64,000 nt of DNA from a virus, in IMG/VR virus record IMGVR_UViG_3300038393_001851, positions 2,145 to 66,144 of that record. One strand, 5' to 3'. A program made the translations under genes and the position numbers. Shown piece by piece: positions 59,301 through 64,000 of this stretch (positions are counted from its first letter, which is position 1; each line of letters opens with the position of its first letter). Under the pieces are notes generated by a model. The model was not told the DNA's origin, did not search any database, and worked only from the letters and a program-made list of their open reading frames with translations.

Positions 59301-60745
59301 TCCGCTCGATCGGCAACATGATGAACGCGGTGCAGCTTGGCCTGTCGGCGTTCCACCTCGGTTTTACCACGATGGACGCCATGGTTTCGCGCGTCGCGCT
59401 GGGGTTCCAGCAGGTCAGCCGCGGCGACATCATCCGGGGCGCCGGCAACATCGCGCTGGGCGTCTCCCCGGCGCAGCCGTTCCTGAACCTGTACAAGGGG
59501 GACCGCCTGCTGCGCGCCTACCTGGGCCACCTGAACGACCCGGATATGGCCGTGATCGTGGAGGCGCTGACGGCCGGCGGCGGGCGCGTGCGCATGGACG
59601 AGTTCTACCGTAACACGGCCGTCAACGCGTTCAAGCAGGCGCTGCGCACCAAGCGCTACGGCGAGGCGACGCTGAAATTCCTGCCGCGCGTGCTCGATCT
59701 GATGAACAAGCCGATCTTCGAATGGCTGGTGCCGCGCCAGAAGCTGGGCGTGTTCTTCGATATGGCGCAGGACGCCCTGCAGCGCAACCCGAACATGACG
59801 CTGCAGGAAAAGCGCGCCACGATGGGCAAGCTGTGGGATTCGGTGGACAACCGCATGGGCGAAATGGTGTATGACAACATCTTCTGGAACCGCGCGCTGA
59901 AGGACGGGCTGCACGTGCTGGTGCGCTCGGTCGGCTGGAACTTCGGCACCTTCCGGGAGCTGGGCGGCGGCGTGGCCGATAGCCTGCGGCTCAAGGACAT
60001 TCGCCAGAACGGCCTGTCGCCGCGCACCGGCTACGTTTTCGGCCTGGTGTTCCTGACCGCGATCGCCGGCGCGATCCTGCAGTACCTGTACACCGGCGAG
60101 GGGCCGAAGGAACTGAAAGACGTGTTCTTCCCGCGTGACGGCGGCACCACCACGGCCGGCGCGCCCAGCCGCAAGTCGCTGCCGTCGTACATGAAAGACG
60201 TGTACGAGTACGGCCACGACCTGAGCGGCTTTGTGAAGTACGGCGCCAACCCGACCCACACGCTGCAGAATAAAATGCACCCGCTGCTGTCCACCATCGG
60301 CCAGGTACTGGAGAACGAGGACTTCTACGGCGCCAAGATCCGCAGCCCCGGCGACCCGGCGCTCAAGCAGCTGCAGGACGAGGCGGGGTACCTGCTGCAG
60401 CAGTTCATGCCGTTCTCGGCGCGCAGCTACCAGCAGCAGCAGCAGTCGAAGGGCGAAGAGCTGTCGCTGGCCGGCTACGTGTTCTCGCCGGCGTTCATCG
60501 GCATCACACAGGCGCCGGGCTACATCACCAAGTCCGACGAGCAGATCCAGAGCGAGGAGGTGGCGCACCAGATGCCAGGCTTGATCAAGAAGTTCCGGCA
60601 GGAGTTCCGGGACGCCGACGACAAGGCAGACGTGATCCGGCGCATGCACGCGGCCGGGATGAGTCCGAGCCAGGTGCGCCAGGTGATCCGTGGCGCCGGC
60701 CGCGGCTACGTGCCGCGCCCGCCCAAGAAATTCGGGGAGGACTGA
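47369..60745 (+). CDS. Giant DarB-like polyvalent protein: lytic transglycosylase, N6-adenine MTase, Strawberry-notch-type SF2 helicase, zincin-like peptidase
   Basis: IIKQESGG..GPGQVMP.T; VLEPTAGTG, VIANPPF; DQTGIGKGRQ, DESHN, SAT, QMLGRPNR; HEILHH. Confidence 0.9.
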   Translation: MTMATGWLNDNEQGKPRAPETGWLGDVQPKLEPAPEPDSEDDSPASIDLSDRASVVNAVYNAIIKQESGGNDRIGKSVNGAIGPGQVMPGTFSRFARPGEVITNPADNRRVAQRYVDYLYDKAGGDPAKMAAGYFSGEGNIGTHSPFKQDLRDGNGTRVSAYVASVMRRLGQGGDTPIEAAPTEAAPTQGPTWAEVTKRDAFQALSEPLREVARAEYFNTYVAPSLAPGQLEAAKAAFMEQSRAADYQPPSLMDKVIGGLKSAGEDVYRWATHHGKPARPSVQPEYMAQMRRTAGPAQNFNASMERDDYARQFLANNPQASQDAFAVAMAQYDQAQAARSKERAERAQDRSKQPVPSPEEFFNARLTKKLQRHSEKVPAIVPPLPGYTPPDPENWAPRNRGHAIPAELAGNAVGQYLNTAMGVLATYNAMIGNDEEAAKWDKARADVAKRLREDVGGETIPNRVAGMVGGVSPALAAPEALVGQLFSNAGLFAIPAFRDTYKAKIAQGQSPGLAAAHALEVASVLLAAPTVATKGTAALLGKAAEPGAAGVGAAAKQLGAAGAEGVAFSAANTALDKGTDLLAGQKNDNPWFDPEDMKVAAGGFAALRSPRALGIALTPSEAKPRARTLDDELADEGFVDLAGRDGTGRRPSMTAPRLTNGAEPPSGARAEPTMGEAPETPAAGDGRVEPTLDDNFAAGLSPEQQAADAKARAAFADQTGDQPEGHDQLAAQLLDAQQQFMEAYRSGDKGKFDELRQSLTQTFLPLLGPDKTADYVTHLVDEGGLRNGAGISHPLFDEAGTALDEQAKGETPATPPVAEKPAADTWQASPFAPRIQKMLDELRAAGLDDYAKAIESGVRGDAKNGKLSEENTAFRERKTAEWLLAKANEGKPLPEAQIEPMTPEKLVELSPTAGTLPKPIVDAAVARWNEEAPKLAKLGYKYGQVNNGHAPEAVQQHKKLIDIHMALEGLAARRYQQARGHKNLNPDAVQRNEDRASQVLGIDTRAHPGVDTSRPITLGAGVRDPDWKPLKGKKPKTEKEAKDRRTDLMARVNALTSDDVHELQELMGLGKGYLPTKQQIKHIKEAGPDAIEKGFKAIEAKRAWENGIAKAGEKYGLVKVDHPGKMGVNLALRADNQAPFIQLNAMGMSGDHWQLRPHGLTRVDLNKKWGWEDEYKTPTLDQALKVASDMLREDADTTLPDEQLKANRARRRSESDAFGEKLRQEIDAEIAKIEREREAKAPAHTKYTFKRLLDWKTPGLPNIEIPEALAAKVQETLRTRPDAYKLKKHSDGDTRLDLPNGAQMAVHPNGEVELLGDAEHRWGSTMTKASIKRTLEGWLKNLPPKPDVMPAEPEDLLATHTAQLQASIMRKREILREQGQLVVPHPTEDELRKGAAAIMPVPFFHIAGMTETVVYKPRADGLPEAPGGRTHVSAQRYENGKADRWVPFQSHRIDVVLRDGKPYAVERIWGDPEMSVLKPITVLESAPGGKPEKAAKAKKEKEKPEVDPATIKVSPDSLYQPTHKLFARFAEFKVDTPYGKDMPVSLSGAFNPANYEAIYGEPGGIINVRTPVPNADGSWGSNERAGVMYKGVLTLEHAKDIARRIIEEAFANQPKGGAKPAQTLVEHLRDKILANEMPKDNAALRKIVADFTKKEVTPARMKQAQEELEAAIVSVARGIVAKKEGDRSTFDVLLRLYNSQPNLNVRTSTSVSNQAYSTPAPLAYLASRLAGIGPKTKVLEPTAGTGMLLIGADPKNVTANELNPERAALLRRLGFNPSEKDATTENLRHAGYPVDAVIANPPFGSIKNASGKTEKRAIDGYKIGKIDHLIAARALDAMKDDGRAVLILGADKVAGGVSTDDRIFMNWLYSHYNVTGHFEVDGGLYQRQGAGWPVRVISINGRVASNKVSPRAGEIPRAMTWSEVYDQYTKALDAAKSDDRNATRSPDRGSKPRAGDGLSTPPVADGTKVPQADSGRPEGGAGGNGNVGGRRAGAVDHRGDGADESLAGATGQQRGDLEPPASDRLESGEPAGGATDAAGTDLAAGDSGRNAVAGDEDLGAMFDEIMAEEDAKLAPSGAESAVGGGGKGGGGGKGRAPAAAPRERPPRPASEAAASAARNSAKAFDEAIDALGKLFSDPGSLGSGPVFNEETYARAKPLFEKAIAHLKEAWSDIREAMRAVIKALRERFGAQTTARMREYVVRFVEEVRGRERQKASEKDADLDNPYQVPYTPRSAVKDRDVLIPKNMADPLQHALDRLEDAVGDIDAYAARELGYPDTDALHKALMGLQVDSVASAIYQIGRGKAVVIADQTGIGKGRQAASIIRWAAKNGHVPIFFSYKPELFSDMYGDLADIGSDDIEPLIMNVDRWISGPGGEKLYANKAGEHRNVLRQIVDTGRLPEGRNALFSTYSQINVANLQRDVITALADRAVFILDESHNAGGDSNTGHFITGVLGPAKGVVYLSATFAKRPDNMPLYFKTDIGDAIQDDDTLQNAMAAGGLALQTVVSNNLVAAGQMFRRERSFAGIEFKTRTDVAHTDQHEATADKVTSALRAIVEADRMFHENYFKALQDELAAAGATAEAAGNEAQASVDHIEFSSVVHNFVRQLLLGLKADTAADAAIAALKAGKKPLIALENTMGSFLANYAQENMLRAGDKLGRFDYRNVLSRALERTRYVQEKDERGNKLPKRSIPLSELDPVTRRAYVEAQSVIDALDIGDIPVSPIDWMRHRLTAAGYTVAEITGRGLAVDYSGKEPKLAAVPEHERNDKTATTRAFNGGTLDAIILNVAGSTGISLHASEKFADQRARHMIVVQPAQDINVFMQMLGRPNRTGQVVKPSYDVLSVNLPSEKRPTALLAKKMKSLNANTSSNTESATSVKALDMLNKYGDQVVGQYLADNFELSRSLNILDPLDAKGNAVPDVARKATGRLALLPVEVQKQVYADLEDQYETLIEYLNRTNQNDLEPRTFDLDARETRSQVMYQGRDPSTPFGEDAVYGEYSIKAQGKPMTPDEITAEITGNLNGQTSLQHAEAIVAKMRADWIDGIVQARARNGLGETYDEERYRAALKAAGYSEDTITMMAATARGWYASGKQPSVSDFANSLARAPLPPGGTRVQDFVYDHKIGTAWRVDINGEVYNAVITNIRSTHKGTGSPYAMSKVQVTLALNGALRQVTLPATQWARIEVTGEGPVGPLTIGKMFAVRATNERDTAKIITGNLLAAYGELRGTRGTIIHFTKADGTIAQGILLPRSFDPALNLANDYPLPTAAAAAKFLRESTNPAITDIGIANRDQTVRVVPDGRGGITIRVPKSKAAGGKYFLDKPLLVVTGDFVTQGRFMQVDVPAARVVQALDALMKKTALYAAPSMKDEARQILGDPEQVMQDLPDDTGPPQGGRDQLVWTPPTVPEPKRVATLAKLKQLKAKREAGKLTDAEFALAVSDLIKDLEDRNETKQTRKAIKEWTERERGELWIRERLIRARRKGELDPETVKFALWALDQNPNLAHDLGISIRGESGRGSAGEYNPFSRVISLFTAGANDGTAVHEILHHAERMMPAEVRKGILREYARTMARFLMTATPEQQAALADLIAASMGDPEARQRAQQAFRDGTLNKDEHYQFTNASEFWAENATRILGDRFAAAGKSWVARARQWLRELWEKVKGWLGKKSDAAVLAGLKAVMESDGTQLHPHMLANADRFEAWNKMRDGYSPYVGVEVTKIPSTPIGGSLRKVFVPASRGPVAEEMAGIIRANLGQQARERELALDHLKQFAAMFDRLPVADSYQFIAQMEAGAPHGNAKLTEAATALRKLLDERRDAVIALGKGQLENFNANYFPHIWKQKRSAMDFFGRRSLEGKKDFLKQRTYDTFAAGLAAGLTPITTNPVELTLLKAREMDRYIYGQRIFAEMKLAGFARFVRFGAKPPVGWVKINDKIAKVRQYSAVEKGFVDRGDYYAPEPAATLINNHLSKGLTGIGAFDLFRSIGNMMNAVQLGLSAFHLGFTTMDAMVSRVALGFQQVSRGDIIRGAGNIALGVSPAQPFLNLYKGDRLLRAYLGHLNDPDMAVIVEALTAGGGRVRMDEFYRNTAVNAFKQALRTKRYGEATLKFLPRVLDLMNKPIFEWLVPRQKLGVFFDMAQDALQRNPNMTLQEKRATMGKLWDSVDNRMGEMVYDNIFWNRALKDGLHVLVRSVGWNFGTFRELGGGVADSLRLKDIRQNGLSPRTGYVFGLVFLTAIAGAILQYLYTGEGPKELKDVFFPRDGGTTTAGAPSRKSLPSYMKDVYEYGHDLSGFVKYGANPTHTLQNKMHPLLSTIGQVLENEDFYGAKIRSPGDPALKQLQDEAGYLLQQFMPFSARSYQQQQQSKGEELSLAGYVFSPAFIGITQAPGYITKSDEQIQSEEVAHQMPGLIKKFRQEFRDADDKADVIRRMHAAGMSPSQVRQVIRGAGRGYVPRPPKKFGED
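53142..53525 (+). CDS. Nested out-of-frame gene inside giant gene
   Basis: GGAG 8 nt before ATG; helical protein-like composition while main frame becomes G/D/R/A low-complexity. Confidence 0.55.
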   Translation: MTSTPRLWTPRSPMTETQRAALTVEANPEQAMDYQLHLSLMEQKFRKLIQADPKEAQAAMEMSAEGAPELWTIAATEPMKAWPAQLANSEVILNLLRLIDWNLENQPGARPTPPEPISLREILEEML

Positions 60746-60747
60746 GC

Positions 60748-61224
60748 CTACAGCGGGGGCAGGATCTTGTGGAACCGGCCCTCGCCATCTGGTTGTGACA
60801 CGCTCAGTTCTCCGAGCGTGACGGCGCGGCCCTTGCGCACCAGGGGCGCCTCGACCAGGTAGTTGCCCTCGCGCGACTCGATCCCGAGGAACACGATCTC
60901 GACCCGATCGGGGCATGCGGACACGGAGCCGTAGCGCGCACAGATGGCCTCGCGCTGGCCTTGCAGATGCGGGGGCAGGGTCCAGCCCTCGGCCACCAGC
61001 ACGGCGGCGTCGCAATGGTGTAACTTGGCCAAATGGCGCAGCATTAGCGCGTCGATGTCCTTGGCGGTTTCGGTGTCGGTGTTCAGTTCATGGACGATCA
61101 GCTCGTCACCGAACAGGAACATCGTGGCCGGGACCTCGCCGCGCTCAGCGAGCATGCGGCGCACATCGCGCAGCAGGGTGTCAACCAGCGGCTGCAGCTT
61201 GGGGGGAAGGGTGCAGTTCGACAT
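60748..61224 (-). CDS. Hypothetical protein
   Basis: DAAVLVAEGW...PDRVE motif; convergent with giant gene. Confidence 0.7.
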   Translation of the reverse strand: MSNCTLPPKLQPLVDTLLRDVRRMLAERGEVPATMFLFGDELIVHELNTDTETAKDIDALMLRHLAKLHHCDAAVLVAEGWTLPPHLQGQREAICARYGSVSACPDRVEIVFLGIESREGNYLVEAPLVRKGRAVTLGELSVSQPDGEGRFHKILPPL

Positions 61225-61234
61225 CAATCCAGTC

Positions 61235-61429
61235 TCAAAAAGTTCGCGGCTTGCCCAGCACCAGCCCGCCGTCTTCGCGGAAGCCAGCCCAGGCCCATAT
61301 GGTGAACTGGCCCAGCCGCATGCGCGGCCCGAGCTGGGCGGGCAGCACGGCCAAGAACTCCCCGCTCTGGCTAGTCACTACGCGCGCTGCGCGCAGGGCA
61401 CCGGGGCCGCGCGGGCGCGTGATCTTCAC
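61235..61429 (-). CDS. Small hypothetical protein
   Basis: Fills gap in leftward operon; start uncertain. Confidence 0.4.
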   Translation of the reverse strand: MKITRPRGPGALRAARVVTSQSGEFLAVLPAQLGPRMRLGQFTIWAWAGFREDGGLVLGKPRTF

Positions 61430-61466
61430 GATGAACTGCGGGCGCGGTCTTGGCGTGGAAGCTTTA

Positions 61467-63215
61467 TTACTCCTCACCGTCATCGCCATTGGCCACGTAG
61501 TGCTCGTTGAGCACGCCCTGGTGCAGCCACAGATCGAGCTGGTGCTTGACCGAGCTGCCGGACCCCATGACCTTTGCAAAGCGGTGCTTGAAGTGGTCGG
61601 CCAGTCCGTCCAGGTGGCTCTTGGTCATGTACTGCCCCATCGCGATCACGCGCACGCAGTTGCGCAGCGAGTTGATGAGCGGCCCGATTTTCTGGTGCTT
61701 GTCCCCGAACTCAAATTTGAGCTGCGGGTAAGACGCCTCCAGCATCCGCTCCTGAATCGGCTGGGCGCCGACGATACCCACCAATGGCTTTGCCGGCGGT
61801 GCCGCCTTCTTCGGGGGCGGGGGCTCGATGTGCGGCTTGGGGGCGGGGGGGCGATGGATGTGCGGCGGCGTGGGGGGGGCGGGCGGCTGCTCCACAACAC
61901 GGTTGGCCGCAGGTGGCGTTGCCATCGCAGGGGGCGCCGGGGCCGTGGTCGGCTGCTGCACGGCAGGCGCTGCGGGGGCTGCGGGGGCTGGTGTGGCTGC
62001 AGGGGCGGCTGGCGCAGCCCGCAGCTCGACGACCAGTTCGCGCAGGACAGGCCGTAGACTTTGCGCCAAGGCGTCGGCAAAAATCTTGGCCATGTCAGTG
62101 AGCGCGGCGCGCAGCGGATCCACACCGTTGTGGACCATGGTCGCGGGCGCGAACAGCGGGGCCGGCGCCTGCTGCTGCGCTTGATTGGCGGGCGCCTGCA
62201 AGGCGGCCTCTTGGGGCGGGGGCGCGGCAGGCGGTTGAGGCGGCAGTTCCTCGTCCTCGGGTTCCGGCACCGACGTCGGCGCCGGAACCGCCGTGATAGT
62301 GGCCGCGCCCGGCATCTTCGAAAACTCTTCCCACAGCGCATCCTTGGGGCGGGTCAGGCCGAAAAAGCCCATGCGCCGCCGCTTCGGCGGCAGCACCCGC
62401 TGCGCCACCATCAGCTTCTCGGGGGTCAGTTGCGTGAGTTCGGGGTCGTGCCGGAACTGCGCCTCGGGATAGCGGCGGTTCAGTTCCTCGGCCACCAGGC
62501 GCCATTCGTGCGGCTCCCACTGCGTATGGTCGAGCTGCTCGTAGGTGAGCGGCACGTCCTCGTCGTCATACGGTCCAGTACTGTACTGGGTAGCGTCCTG
62601 CTGTACTGGGGTGACGTCGCGCAGCGGGCCGTATTGCGGCGGCGGCGGCACCGCCAGGGGCTTAGGTTCTGCCCGTACCCGGGCGAAGGCATCTTCAAAG
62701 TGGTGGCGCAGCGGCGTGATCGAGTAGAGCGTCCGCTGGCGGGGTGGCTCGATCGCGGCTTCCATCGCTTCGCGCACTGAATGAAGCGAAAGATCGTCGG
62801 TTGTGATGTCTGGCCGCTTGGCCAGCATGACGCGCGCCATCGCATCGTACTCGTCGTTGCGCCACTTGGTGCGCGGTTTGTGACGCCAGTCCTCGTCGTC
62901 TGAGGAAGTAGTGGTTTGTGCTTGGACTTGAGGTCTGTTTGACTCGGCAGAGTATGCAGCCATGAATTCAGGGTCGTCCGACAGAGAGGCGCGCAGGTCG
63001 TCATAGATCTGCTGGAGTTTGTCTCGGAATCCGTTCAGGCCGCCTCTTTCGGGGAAGGGCCGTTGACGCTCCGGCGGCATCTTTGCCATGGCCGCGCGGA
63101 GCGATTCCAGGTTGGCGATGTAGCGTCCCGGCCGTAGAACCTCCGGCCGGATTTTTGCTAGCTCCATCGCAAAGAACAGCCATTCACTATCAGTCCAACG
63201 GATATGTATCGACAT
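61467..63215 (-). CDS. Protein with three W-x3-E helical repeats, Pro-rich linker and DUF2325-like C-terminus
   Basis: GAGG RBS; internal triplication; VGIVG...VIAMGQYM..SH. Confidence 0.75.
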   Translation of the reverse strand: MSIHIRWTDSEWLFFAMELAKIRPEVLRPGRYIANLESLRAAMAKMPPERQRPFPERGGLNGFRDKLQQIYDDLRASLSDDPEFMAAYSAESNRPQVQAQTTTSSDDEDWRHKPRTKWRNDEYDAMARVMLAKRPDITTDDLSLHSVREAMEAAIEPPRQRTLYSITPLRHHFEDAFARVRAEPKPLAVPPPPQYGPLRDVTPVQQDATQYSTGPYDDEDVPLTYEQLDHTQWEPHEWRLVAEELNRRYPEAQFRHDPELTQLTPEKLMVAQRVLPPKRRRMGFFGLTRPKDALWEEFSKMPGAATITAVPAPTSVPEPEDEELPPQPPAAPPPQEAALQAPANQAQQQAPAPLFAPATMVHNGVDPLRAALTDMAKIFADALAQSLRPVLRELVVELRAAPAAPAATPAPAAPAAPAVQQPTTAPAPPAMATPPAANRVVEQPPAPPTPPHIHRPPAPKPHIEPPPPKKAAPPAKPLVGIVGAQPIQERMLEASYPQLKFEFGDKHQKIGPLINSLRNCVRVIAMGQYMTKSHLDGLADHFKHRFAKVMGSGSSVKHQLDLWLHQGVLNEHYVANGDDGEE

Positions 63216-63295
63216 ACAAACTTCCTCTCGGAAACCGGGTTGTTCCCGAGATGATACTGCAGGTTGTGTTCAATAAGCAACCAGCAGAAACTCTC

Positions 63296-63631
63296 TCACG
63301 AACGTTTGTAGTAATGCTCGTCCAGCAGGCGCTGTACTTCGGTCTCGGTGCCGACCTTGATGATTTTCTGCAGCGACAGCTGGGGCACGTTACGGGTCAG
63401 CCATTTCATCTTGGCGTACAGCTCGGGGTGCAGCATCAAGTTCTGCCCCTTGGGCAGGTCGGGAAGATACTCGTCGTTGTTCCAAGGGAGCGGGGCGCCG
63501 GGATCGGTCTTGCGGCGCTCGCGCGGCTCCTCCGGGACGCCGGAAGGAAACGAATTAAGGTCAAGCAGCGCTTCGATCTGCTTGGGGTCGGCTGGCGGCG
63601 GGGACAGGGACAGTGCTTTCGGTTTTTTCAT
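63296..63631 (-). CDS. Small partition partner (centromere-binding, RHH-like)
   Basis: ATGA overlap with parA; flexible N-terminus, PW then beta-helix-helix pattern. Confidence 0.6.
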   Translation of the reverse strand: MKKPKALSLSPPPADPKQIEALLDLNSFPSGVPEEPRERRKTDPGAPLPWNNDEYLPDLPKGQNLMLHPELYAKMKWLTRNVPQLSLQKIIKVGTETEVQRLLDEHYYKRS

Positions 63632-64000
63632 GATGAGATTTCCAGTAGTTCGGAGTAAAGGGCACGTGCCTCGGCGGCGGCCGGCCCGTTGGGTTCGACT
63701 TCGAAGACGGTCAGGCCATGGGTCATTGCTTCGTCCCAGGCCGCGCGCGCGCGAGAGACGGTCTTCAACGTGGGAATGCGAGCTTGCTCCAGCAGTTCGG
63801 TGGTGCGTTTGGCGAGCGATGTCCGGGCGGCCTGGTTGACCAGGAAGACAGCTTTGGCGTGAGTGCGGAGCACCGATACCTGGTCAAAGAGGTCCAGGAT
63901 CGGCTCGGCGCACCAAATCTCGCCGGGCAAGGGTTTGGTCGGGATCACCACGACATCGGTGCAGGCCATCGCGGTGACGTTGATCTGCGAGACGTTGGCC
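63628..64000 (-). CDS. parA: ParA-family partition ATPase, C-terminal part (5' end outside window)
   Basis: DVVVIP..P, FLVNQ, R.AW.EA...GLTV.E.EP.G.AA.E...L..EL. Confidence 0.85.
   Translation of the reverse strand, partial: ANVSQINVTAMACTDVVVIPTKPLPGEIWCAEPILDLFDQVSVLRTHAKAVFLVNQAARTSLAKRTTELLEQARIPTLKTVSRARAAWDEAMTHGLTVFEVEPNGPAAAEARALYSELLEISS

Larger units (their letters stand above)
1..64000. mobile_element. Temperate podovirus-like bacteriophage, probable phage-plasmid (genome runs off both window edges)
   Basis: Terminase, portal, capsid, tail, lysis, cI/cro and primase genes in phage order; no host housekeeping genes; ParA module; no integrase seen. Confidence 0.92.

Overview
Nearly complete genome of a ~65% GC temperate, podovirus-like tailed phage, probably a phage-plasmid of a betaproteobacterium (ParA plus a small partner at the right edge, no integrase in the window; an Oxalobacteraceae-type HTH hints at the host). 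Left to right: leftward recombination/replication operon (SF2 helicase, Cas4-like exonuclease, DUF669 SSB, Sak4-like AAA ATPase), cI/cro switch, Prim-Pol primase-helicase, a 7 kb array of small early genes (RadC etc.), an AT-rich putative origin, VRR-NUC, lysis genes, TerS/TerL, a 6 kb accessory island, P22-like portal, scaffold, N4-gp56-type capsid, adaptor/fibre/tail genes, ejection proteins, a 4458-aa DarB-like polyvalent protein, and a leftward partition module. Most notable signals: five small paralogous proteins sharing an S-R-N-x-R-E-G-[RH]-Y-x-G-x3-G-x3-R motif; four distinct dispersed cis-motif families (early palindrome/hairpin modules, a 19-bp operator, a GTCGAATAA-N12-(-10) late promoter, TGTAC-N6-GTAC boxes); a ~480-nt structured non-coding element with convergent promoters; a stand-alone CapW/BrxR-type wHTH; and a gene nested out of frame in the giant protein gene. 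All calls are by eye from sequence and remembered family motifs; no searches were run.
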